64,000 nucleotides of DNA, from contig CM119268.1 in NCBI GenBank assembly GCA_051294375.1, positions 21,720,010 through 21,784,009 of the forward strand. Reading direction: 5' to 3'. The notes under the pieces are model-generated. The model was given only the letters and a program-made list of their open reading frames with translations, was not told the DNA's origin and did no database searches. Position numbers and translations under genes: made by a program. This document shows positions 52,639 to 64,000 of the stretch, piece after piece (the stretch's first letter is position 1; each line of letters starts with the position of its first letter). This DNA comes from Paraspadella gotoi (taxonomy: Eukaryota > Animalia > Chaetognatha).

Positions 52639-53016
52639 GCGTTTTATTCGTCAGCAACTAATTGTTGAAACAGCACGTACAATAAGCTATAAACACGAAA
52701 AGATAATGCATAAATGTTATAAATATAAAAACCGGAGACGAAAAAAATTGACTTCGTAATGCAGAAAATATTTTCAGAATTTTGTTTTTAGACAAGGAAA
52801 AACAATAATTTTGTATTTTGTACATAATATAATTATATCCAAATATATAAAATTCCTAAATTTAATGGTTGAATAAATACAGACTTTCATATTTCGGAAA
52901 ATAGGAGGAACTAATACCGAATTGGCGAATTTTCTCAATAGATGAATAATTAGGGGCTTATATATATTTACTACATTAAATTAATAAAGTAATTTATAAA
53001 TATTTTTGAACATTAA

Positions 53017-53343
53017 CTAAACTACGTCGCAAAAAAGATTACGTAAATCAATATTAAAAGCAACCGCGCCAAGGTTTTGATCTTTTGTTTCATTTAGCGA
53101 GCGACCTCCCGCGACTGTTTCGGTCACCAACGAAAAATTTGGAACGATTGGCAAACAAAAGACTCGATTAGGGAAAAGATTTGTTGTAAAAGCTTTTAAG
53201 CACCTGTTGGTTTTACATCCTCTTTGGTCGCTGGCTCGGTTCCAACCTTGTTGACACAAACCGCACTAAGTTGCTCTTTTTGTTCATATCTCTCACCTTG
53301 ATGTTCGAATAGGATGGTTGGCTCTCTCTCTGTCTCTCTCTCT

Positions 53344-53376
<33 letters not shown>

Positions 53377-53389
53377 GCTCTCTCTCTCG

Positions 53390-53453
<64 letters not shown>

Positions 53454-54286
53454 CTCGAAAAGAGGATTAAAGTCTTTTTTGAGCTTCGACTTTAAACCAG
53501 CTTCGGTTACATCATACAAGTTTCTAAAATCGTTTCTCATCATTTTTTAAAATACTCATAGTAGTATATTTATGATATTAACGCTAGAATTTGTCCAAGC
53601 TCAAAGTATGAATTTGTAAAATTTCCTTAATCTTACAAAATTTTTTCGTGAAACTTCCTTGGCTTAGGAATGTCTATAACCTAGTTTTCAGATCTAAGTG
53701 AACATCACAGCCAGGAAATATCGCCTCCTCTGCTCGATCTCAATCATACGAATATCATAGCGATCCATATGATGTGACCTCACACTTAAGCCACCTGCCA
53801 CGTGTCACAGATTAATAGTTTTTCTTCGATGTTGTGAAATCCTAATTTTTACTTCCCAGTCTGAAATTTTTTTCGGTTAAAAAAAGAAACTGGGTAAGTC
53901 GAGGTGAGTTTATTCGTTGCTTCCTTTTTAGATTATTTGAAATAAAAAATCTCATCAAACGAGGGTTCTTTAGGAAGGGATGGCCACCAAACTTTACTTC
54001 GAACTTGAGTTCACTTTTAGTTAAAGTTTTTAAAAGCAGTCGAAATATTTACATCAGATCCCCGATTTGTTTATAAATGAAAGAAAGTTTAAATTTTAAA
54101 CGCGGAAAATGTCAAATTGAAATTTTCTTCTTTTTTTTTTAATAATTTAAGTTCTAGATTTTCTAAAGCTTATAATTTATTTTCAAATAAATTAAGATTT
54201 AATACGTTCAAATTCAAAAATTTATTCAACGTAAACAATATGATAATAATAATAATAATAATAATAAAAATAATAATAATAATAAT

Positions 54287-54378
<92 letters not shown>

Positions 54379-55234
54379 TAACAATAATAATAATAATAAT
54401 AATAATGACACCCGATAATATTTGGGATGTATCCAGGGTTTCCTGACCAAATAACCGGTTTCATCAACCCGATGAGGTCATTGAACCCAAGATGTCCCGG
54501 AGGACAAATTGTGCCACGTAAAATGGAAACCCGATTTTTCGTTGTGTTTTATCGTAACTCAAGCCGTCGTCAAATAACCCAAATATTTCACCTTCAGAAG
54601 AAAAGAGATTTTAGTTTCAATAACCGCAAACTTATCTCGTTTCTCCCAAAATTCTCAAGATATAAGATGATTTCTTTTTTCAATTCTCTTCCCAAGTTTC
54701 ATTTTTTTATTTTACTTAATTTATTTTTTGTATTTTTACTCGTTTTTTTCTAACTTCCCAATTGTATATTAAAATGATTTAGTTTAACAATATTCTTCCA
54801 CTTTAAATTTCATACTAAGCATTAAACAAAGTCCACTTGAATCACTGCACTAAAACTTTCACTTTTATTTCGAACAGCAGCCGCTGCATCGGCCGATTTT
54901 TACTGCTCTGCCGCTGCGAGACGTCGCACCGGAAATAAAATGGCGACGTTTTCAAGTTTATTCTTTCACATTTTCGTCATTGAAATCAAAACAACTTTAT
55001 CGTCATCGATCATTGATTTCGTCGTCGTCGTCGTCGTCGTCGTCGTTATAACAAAAAAACACACGAGGCGTTCGAGTTCTTGGTTCCCTTTAATTTATTA
55101 TCATCATTATTGGTATTGTTATTGTTATTGTTGTTATTGTTATCTATACTTTCGCAATCCCTCTGTTCTTATTTTAAAAATGAAATTCTAGATTTTCACT
55201 TCTTTGAATTGTCGTCGTTCGAGTCAAATCGTTA

Positions 55235-55266
<32 letters not shown>

Positions 55267-55405
55267 ACTTGATGGCCTTACCCATTGTCGTCATCGCTGT
55301 CGTCTTCTTCGTCGTCACCCTCGTCGTCGTCGTCGTCTCCAACGGGCGGTCACGTCTGCAGGAGACCAGGATGTTGAATTTCAAAGATTCGAACCGCGAC
55401 ACGCG

Positions 55406-55452
<47 letters not shown>

Positions 55453-55460
55453 CTCTCTCT

Positions 55461-55503
<43 letters not shown>

Positions 55504-55678
55504 TCTCTCTCTCTCTCTCGACAATCAGAAGCCGGTATCGAAGAACAAAGAGCCAATGGCGATCTCGACATTTGACCAAGTTTTTTTTCCCTTCCGCCGG
55601 CGAAGTCAAAACAAAAGCAAAACACAACAACAACAACACGTAAATCCTCGAAAAAGAATCTTTGGGATTTGAAATCAA
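53017..55678 (-). CDS. Possible secreted or membrane protein gene fragments
   Basis: Signal-peptide-like IYVLLLLCFAFVLTSPAEG at about 55640, an acidic segment ending in GTAAG at about 55281, and coding-like islands at about 54410-54520 and 53020-53310. No model could be closed. Confidence 0.3.
54240..54406. repeat. (AAT)n microsatellite
   Basis: Seen directly. Confidence 0.97.
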
Positions 55679-56575
55679 TCAATCAATCGATCGATGACGA
55701 TGGGTTTATTTTTATTTTGCCGCCAAAAAAATTCAAACGAAAAATCACGTGTTTTCGATGAAACAAAGAAGAAGACTGAAGTGTTTTTAGAACAAGCAAA
55801 AAACTACAACTAAGAATTAAAAATAAATTACAAACAATAAATTACATATTATGATGTCGACGATGACGACGATGAATACGACGATGACGATGACTAATAT
55901 GACTATGATGATGATGAATACGACGACGACGACGATGAAAAAGAAGATGAATGAAGAAATGTCTGTCTCATTTTCTTCATTAATGAGTCAAAAAGTCGAA
56001 CGAAAATTTTTTATTGAAAAAAAAAAGTTAACTTAAATTTCCGAAGATTTTTCTATTTTTAATAAATTTTTTTTTCACGTAATCAGGCGCAAAAATTATT
56101 GTATTGTTACGAGGATCATTTTTTCATGTATATTTAGTTTTAATTGTATTAGAGTTACCAATGATTAATCTTTTTCGCTCTGTGTGTGGCTACCATTTTC
56201 TCTCTCTCTCTCACAAGGTTCTGCATATGTTTCTATCTTTCTCTCTCTCTCTCTCTCTATCTCTCTCTGTTTCTTTTTCTTTTGTGATTTTGTTTCTCCT
56301 TTAGTAGTTCTAAAAAAACATCATTGTGAAAATATAGGAGCAAGAGAGAGAGATAAAGAGAGAGAGAGAGAGAGAGGGAGAAAGAAGAGATGGGGAGAGA
56401 GTAAGGAGAGAGGAGTCTAGAGAGAAGAGAAGAGAGAGTATGAGCAGAGGGAAGAGAATCTTTTACTTTCAAAAAGCGAGAAATGTAAACAGGACGACTT
56501 TACATCATCCGCCTTTTTCTCTTTCGTTGCCAAATTTTAAGAGAGAGGAGGAGAGGAGGAGAGAGAGAGAAGGAG

Positions 56576-56611
<36 letters not shown>

Positions 56612-58989
56612 AGGAGAGAGAAAGGGGGGAGGAACTTTTAGACCGCTGACCCTTGTACTGCCATCCGTTTGGAGAAACAAATCATTTCAAAGTTTTAAAG
56701 TTTCCGGCGAATCAGATTTTTTTTTACTTTTTATCATTTGTTATCATCGATTCAAATCTTCAAACTTGTGATATTCTCTGCCTTTTTAGTTTAAAATATC
56801 CGTTTTAAACGCGATTCTTTCTGCATATAATTCTTTCTATATATAATTCTAAATCTTTCTACCCTCAAAAAAAGTTTGAACTTTTTACTTTCAGTTCATG
56901 AATTAATAATAACTTTTCTTCGAAAATTTCTCTCTCACGGTTTTTTTTTTTTTTTTTTTCAAATTCGACCTTAAACTATTTATGTTTCCCTCGAACGAAC
57001 GATTATTTGACGTCAGTTGGAAACTTTATGACCCAAAAATCTAAGTTTTACTCATTGAATCATCTTCGTTTTAATATCGTCGTCGTCGTCGTCGTCGTCG
57101 TCCGTTATTTTACGAACTCGCGAACCCGAGCGAAATTCTTCACATTTTTCTAAATTGAAATGGGTTATATTGGTTACGAAAGCCGCCCAGGTTCAACTGT
57201 GAGCGAGAGAGCGAGAGAGAGAGAGAGAGAGAGAAGAAGAGAGAGGAGGAGAGAGAGAGAGAGAGAGAGAGAAGAAGGAAGCAAGAGAGAGAGACACGAA
57301 TACCATCTCTTTTCTTCTTTGCCAAGTCAATTAGACATTGATTTTTTAACTCCAGAGTCGACGACACGAGAAGATGAGTCATGAATGGAGTCTCTCGCTC
57401 TCTCGCTCTCTCTCTTTCTTACTCTCTCTCTCTTACTCTCTCTCTCTCTTACTCTCTCTCTCTTTTCTTTAAACCTTATTTTTCTTTCCTTCTTTCTCTC
57501 TTTCTCTTTCTTTCTCTTTTTCTCTTTTTCTCTTTCTCTTTCTTTCGCTTTTTTTATTTTTTTATTTGTTTCTCTTTTTCCTTTTCTCTATCTATCTATC
57601 TCCCTTTATTTCTATTCATTTCTTAAAGCTTTTTTTTCTTCTGTTTCTTTTTTTCTTTTTTTCTTTTTTTCTTTTTTTCTTTTTTTCTTTTTTTCTTTTT
57701 TTCTTTTTTTCTTTTTTTCTTTTCGTGGTTGAAACTCGAAACTTGAAACTCTCCACGTTGAACCTGGGAACTGAGTTTTAGCGACACTGAATTTCCAGCT
57801 GTTCGTTGCGCTGTTCTTTCAGTCACCTGCTCATTAACGGGTCATTAATCATTTCACTAATTACGTAATATTTTTGGTAAATTGATTCGTTTGGTTTTAT
57901 TTTCATTTTTTATGTTTTTATATATTCTTATTTACGATATTTTAAACGCGTTTTATTTTCTTAATTCAATTCACCCGACGAATGTTTTGATACCGCCGGT
58001 CCGTTGGTCGCTCAGTGAATCACGCTCCGCCGGTCCGCTTCTGTTTTTCGTCCCCAAAACAAAACAACCTTTTGCTTGTCATAGAAAAAATGGAAAAACA
58101 AAACAAAACACGATTTTGCTAGTCATAGGAAAAATGGGAAAAAAATTTTAAGAATTTTTATTTGCGCCTCGAGTACTCGCGGAGTAACTCTACAAGTAAC
58201 TTTTTGGTCGATCTGTCAGTCGGTGTGTCGTTAAAAAAGCTTATAACTCACCCATACTTTGTTGCTCATTTGTTATGACAAGAAAAAAACTTAAATTTAA
58301 GCCTTTTGTTTTTTCTCATATAAACTATATATATATATTTCAATTCAGTACGTATCTAAAATACACAGAAATATACGGGATAACAAAGTCACTTTTGAAT
58401 TTAAGTTCTTATTTTCAAAAATTGGGATTTTCTCGTTAAATTTAATAAAGTTGTTAAGTTATTAGGTTATTTTCTTTATTTTCCTTATGACAAGCAAAGA
58501 CCAAGCTTCAAATCTTCTCCGGATTTCTTTGAAAAACTCCTTACAGAAACTTCTTTCTTTCTTTTCAAACTGAATAATTTTAAAAACAGTTTAAATTCGT
58601 AACAAAACTTTTTTCTAAGTATAATTTTTGCCTTTTTTCTCCTTCGTAATTTAAATTTTAAAAAAGTATAAAAAAACGTTAGTTGTTTTATTCATTCGTT
58701 GGTTTGTACCGACTTATTTATTTTGTTTATTTAGTTGACAAAGTATATATATAAATTATAGCAAACACAATCGATCCCTCGAAGAAAAAAAAAATACGAG
58801 GAAACGCGGGACACAAATGTCACCAATGTCATAATGTCCCAAATGTCATAATATCACAAATGTCATAATTGATTCGTTGTAGATAATAATAATAATTTAT
58901 TTATTAATTTACTAAATTCTAAACACCAATTTCCAATCACCGTTCAAAAAGAAAATCTAAATTCCTGATCCGAATTTCAAATCTGAGCA

Positions 58990-59145
58990 CAAAATTAAAA
59001 CATCGCCGAATCCTCACAATAAATCTGGACACCAAATCCTCAAAATAAATCCCCATACCTAATATTTACAATAAATCTGGACACCAAATCCTCAAAATAA
59101 ATCTCCATACCAAATCTTTACAATAAATCCGACACCAAATCCTCA
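58990..59145. repeat. Degenerate ~26/52-bp tandem repeat (..CACCAAATCCTCA.AATAAATC..)
   Basis: Seen directly; a second short array (TTTCCACTTTCCTA..) lies at 59680-59790. Confidence 0.75.
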
Positions 59146-59228
59146 CTCCTGCCTCTTCGCTCACGAATCCGCGACGAGAGAGAGAGAGAGAGACGAGAGA
59201 GAGACGTAGAGAGAGAGAGAGAGAGAGA

Positions 59229-59284
<56 letters not shown>

Positions 59285-60115
59285 GAGACGCTCGTGACGA
59301 ACTTCGGTTCCGAAATCCTCAACCGCAAAATAAGGAAAAAAAAAACAAAAAGCGAAACGAAACTTTTCTTCTTGTTTTTCTCGTCTCTTTTTATATATTT
59401 TTCTGTCGTTTTATGTCAATTTTTTTTAATGATTATTTTTATTAATAAAAAATCAAATACAAAAAAAATCTTCTTAAATTCTCTGTTTTTTTTTCTTCTT
59501 AGTACAAAAGTAAAGAAAAAAAGGAAAAATCAATATAATGTTCATTTTTTACTGCGGATATGGAACACCTGTTTTGGCTTTAAACGTTCCACCTTCCGGT
59601 TTTTCCACCTGTCGTTTTTCAAACAGATGCCGACTTCCATCTCCTACGCCTGTCTCGGTCTTTTACTTGCCCACCTATTTCCACTTTCCTAATTTCCACC
59701 CCGCCTCGATTTCCACTTTCCTACTTTCCACTACGTCCTAATTTCTACTTTCCTACTTTCCACTACGTCCTAATTTCCACTTTCCTAAAATCCTTGTTCC
59801 ACCTTTTCATTTTTACAAAAGCCCCCAGAACCGAGCTTATTCAAGAACCGCAAGATAAAATACAACAAATAACAAAACTGAGTCAATATTTAGCTAATAC
59901 CCCAAAAATTATTTTGATAACATAAGTTATTAGCTAAAACGGATGTATGTACAATTTTGTACATATATATGTAGGTATATAATTCGCAAGACTACGATTT
60001 TTGTAATTTTTTGTTAAAAATTGAATTCAAATTTTTGCAAGAGCGATCTTTTTCGAAATTTTATGCAAACGAACTCAGATATCAACTCGAGTTTTGACCC
60101 TATTTAAGTTTGAGC

Positions 60116-60422
60116 AAACAATGTCGGATCTGCCCACGATAATTATGCGATAATCAGCTAAAAATCATCATTTTTTTCAACTTGTATTATTTTTTTAACT
60201 CGCATAATTTTTTTAATCCGTATTATTTTTTCAACTCGCATAATTTTTTTAACTCACATCTTTTTTTTAACTTGCGGACGGACGGATGGACGGACGGACG
60301 GACATCGTTTTTTTTTTTTGATGTAATAAAAATGATTTAACGACAAGATTTAGGGGTGGGACCGACGGACCAACAAAGTGAATTATAGAGTCGGAATCTG
60401 CTGATAAGCAGATCCGACTAAA
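60116..60422. mobile_element. Non-autonomous Helentron/HINE (DINE-1-like) element
   Basis: Subterminal GTCGGATCTGC (60123-60133), internal (GGAC)n microsatellite, and a terminal hairpin GTCGGAATCTGC-TGATAA-GCAGATCCGAC (60390-60418) whose arm also pairs with the subterminal repeat. A-rich flanks. Confidence 0.7.
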
Positions 60423-60565
60423 CAACCTTCATGTAGCCTCTCTCTCTCTCTCTCTCTCTCTTTTCCTTTTAACGACCGAGATAACAACGAATTCAAAAAA
60501 TAGTTAATTTCGGCAAAAGCAACGGATAATTAAAATTAGTTAATATCTTATTATATGAATATTCA

Positions 60566-60597
<32 letters not shown>

Positions 60598-60704
60598 ACT
60601 GTCATGACCGATCGAGATAATTTCCGTCCTGATATTCACACGAATCAAGACGAAAAGGGTGAAAGGAAATTCAGACCAAAAGACAAAAGTGAGAATTACA
60701 AAAA

Positions 60705-60767
<63 letters not shown>

Positions 60768-61581
60768 GGATAAAAAGTTTTAAAAAATCATAATTAAGGA
60801 ATCTTTTTGATTTTGAATTCCTTCTAGACCGAGAAAAAAGTTTTTTTTTAACTTTTATCGAGTTAAGTTTTTTTTCTTTCTATATCTGGCGCACATGCGT
60901 AATGAGGTCCGGGAAGAGAGAGANNNNNNNNNNTTATCAGTTGGAATCTGAAAAGTTTAAAAATCATTCGAATTAAAACTGTTGGCTTCATTGACGTTTT
61001 AATTCAACCGAATGTTAGTATTAAAATTGTTTAATTAACTTTAGGAAGGTAAATGTTATTAAACATTCCTTACATAAAACGCGAATTCCAGCTCTGAAGC
61101 CGCAGCAGCAGCCGCAGCAGCAGCCGCAGCAGCAGCCGCAGCAGCAGCTGGTCGAATGTTAATCAGAATTCCGTTTTATTTGATCATATGTTTGTGAATA
61201 AAATAAAATAATGTTTATTCTTCTGAAAAAACAACAACAACAACAACAAAACTCGAATTCTTTTTTTTTGGGTCGAAATTCAAATTCCGAAAGAAAAAAA
61301 ATACGCACAAAAACATTAATATTATAAAAAAGTCTAAAACTATGCAAAATTCTGACAATTGAGATAAAGGTTTAAAAAAAAATGGACAAAGAATTTTTTT
61401 TTTTCGAATCATCGCCTACAACATTTTTAAAGTCATTGTCCCGTGAGCCGATTGGATTCTTATTAAAATATTTCATTCGTTTCTTCTTATTTTATTTCAG
61501 AAATAAAAAAAAAACAGAGCGACGACGAAATCTAAAAAATAAAACAAAAAACAAAAAAACGGAAAGAAAAAAAAAACAAAC

Positions 61582-61642
61582 ATGAAATCGACTTGGTTAG
61601 GAAAATTGCTTGGCCCGTCAAAACTGAGAGATTCGTCGAGGA

Positions 61643-61719
<77 letters not shown>

Positions 61720-62100
61720 AGAGAGAAGCAAGAGAGAGAGAGACTCCCAGTCCCCCCACTCCCCGATTCAAACTTCCATCGCAGCGATGCAGGGACGTTT
61801 CTCGCCTCTTCGTCTCTCGTCGCGACAAGATCCGAATATATACATCGATTTGGAGGATTTCACGTCGCCCGGTGACGGAGACTCGTCAGAACGTCCGTCA
61901 CGAACTCCGGTCACGAACTCCGTCACGACTCCGATCAGCCAAATTCGGTGACCACGTCACAGTCCACGTTCACCACGGGCGTTGGGAGTGACGATGAATT
62001 GTTCGACGTGGAGACGCCGCCGCCGACGACGACGCCGACGACGACGCCGACGACGACGACAGAGACGACGATGTTTGGATTCGCAGCGACAACGCCGACG
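61582..62100 (+). CDS. Possible first coding exon of an unidentified gene
   Basis: Acceptor TTTCAG at 61500, ATG at 61582 (MKSTWLGKLLG..), GC-rich body and donor GTAAGG at 62101. The frame is broken in or after the (AG)n tract. Confidence 0.35.
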
Positions 62101-63859
62101 GTAAGGTCGTCGTTGTTGTTGTTGTTGTTGTTGTTGTTAAGTTTGCGGTTGTCGTTATCCTTATAGCTCCTGTTTGGTTTAAGCGATTACCCGTAAAATT
62201 ATAACAATTTTTTTTTATTTATCAATTTTATAAAATTTTTAAATCAAAAATAAAAGCTTANNNNNNNNNNNNNNNNNNNNNNNNNNNNNNNNNNNNNNNN
62301 NNNNNNNNNNNNNNNNNNNNNNNNNNNNNNNNNNNNNNNNNNNNNNNNNNNNNNNNNNNNNNNNNNNNNNNNNNNNNNNNNNNNNNNNNNNNNNNNNNNN
62401 NNNNNNNNNNCAGCTTATAACCATAAAGTAATAAGTTTAATTCTAACCTAATACTTACCTATAAAGATAACCATATATTTTTTAGGATCCTTTCAAGCCT
62501 GGTTTTAAGATAGAAACCCAAAAAATAGCTGTTAACATAATTTTTTTTAAAAAGTAAAGATTTTTATTCATAATTTTTTAAAAATTTTATAATTTTTTTT
62601 CTATTAAAAATTGAAAAAAATTATATATTAAATAATATAATAATAATATAATATAATATATGTATTCATGCTAATCATTCATTCAAAAATCAAACTTTGT
62701 TAATATAATATATATAATTATCAAAATATTTTTTTTAAATTTTTATTATAATACTTAATATTAATTTTAAATATTTAATAATTATTTTTTATTAGCACGG
62801 TCTGCGATTTACACTTAAATGAGCGCAGCCACTCCAAGATCTTCTTTTTTTCCCTTTCACTTAATAATTCTGCTCAGAGAACAAAAGTTACTTTTTATTC
62901 AAACTGACGAACAAGAATTATTTTTTTTTTGACAACGGACTTTCTTTGTCCTTACGTCCGTCCGTCCGTCGGATTGAATTTCTCTTTTATGTCAAAGGGT
63001 CGTATATATTTCTGGCGCGACGGGCGAGTTCCGCCCGCGGCCGGCCGTGCCGTTTCGGTTCTGGTTTCCTTCAGTCATTTGAGTCGACGTCGACTCAGAA
63101 TTTCTTTTCCAATTTCGAGGAAGTAAAAATATTTTCGTCGTCGTCGTCGTCGTCGTCAACTAGGCCACTTTCCGTGTGACCATGTGACAATTTTTTGACC
63201 CCGTGATCTCACAACGAAGGAAGATTCATTTTATTACCTTTCATTGTCTCTCTTTCTCTATCTTTATGTCTCTGTTTATGTCCGTCTGTCTGTCTCTCTC
63301 TCTCTCTCTCTCACTCTCTCACTCTCTCATTCTCTCACTCTCTCTCTCTCACACACACACAAACCGGTGACCCAATCCTCATGTTTAGTCGAAAATTCTC
63401 CCGCATTTTCTTGATTTTCGATTTTTCATATTTTATTTTGCTATTTATTTTTTTTTGCAATACCTTACTTACTTCCTTAAAAATACAAATCGTTTTATCA
63501 CGATTCGGTCAATAGCCAAATATGCTCCGCTCGAGTTGCTTCTCTTCCTTCAGAAAGGAATTTGATTTCCGAGTTTCCGCCTTTAATCTTTAATCCGCTT
63601 CGTCACGAGATATACTAGACGTTACTTCAAAATCACGAAAGATTTTATTACGTCTCATTTCTCTTACTTAGATTTGTTATATTTTAATATTTTTAGAATG
63701 AAGACTCGAACAAGAGTCGAAATATGTCTGTTTATACTAAATAAAATCGTTGTAGTACAAATCTAAACTTTGTTTTCGCCAACTACCACAATATTTTTGG
63801 TGTGTAATTACTAAATATAAAAAAATTCCTACCGCATTCTTGATCGTGAAGAGACAGTA

Positions 63860-64000
63860 ATTATTGTTACATAAGCAGTCCCTGAACTTCGGATCAGGCT
63901 GTAACACCTTGTTACCCTCTTAACTGCTAGGCGACCACCGGGCTAGCACCCCGGACCTTGGGGTTGAGAGGCAAATGACTTGCCTCCAGCACCAATGGCC
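63860..64000 (-). mobile_element. Possible tRNA-derived SINE at the window edge
   Basis: GC-rich tRNA-like head (GGCCATTGGTGCTGG..CCGGGGTGCTAGCCCGG) and an A-rich tail; boxes are degenerate. Confidence 0.25.

Noticed and set aside
57760-57810. Short imperfect hairpin as a miRNA precursor
   Set aside because: The stem is too short and mismatched, and I recognise no mature sequence.

Overview
Metazoan (probably invertebrate) nuclear DNA: AT-rich, microsatellite-dense, with small spliceosomal introns. Most of the supplied ORF track is repeat noise, and the real genes only appear after splicing by hand. A FEZ1/UNC-76 gene (+) spans about 4.8-42.3 kb and appears to host antisense nested genes in two introns: a divergent SLC6 transporter with a very long C-terminal tail, and a tetraspanin with greatly enlarged EC1 and EC2 loops. 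Downstream is an ankyrin + Mind-bomb-type RING gene (+), possibly joined to membrane-anchor and ectodomain exons. Mobile elements include three TIR elements with 8-bp TSDs (one carrying a BEL/Pao Gag zinc-knuckle remnant), a TG-ended insert containing a CCA-tailed tRNA-Lys fragment, and a Helentron/HINE-like element. Several introns begin with tandem copies of their own 5' splice site. Two large duplications (direct, about 4.8-12.55 kb; inverted, about 23.6-51.5 kb) abut 25-N gaps, are indel-noisy and interrupt phase-matched gene models, so they are most likely long-read gap-filling or haplotype artefacts. All translations and family calls were made by eye; no database search was run.
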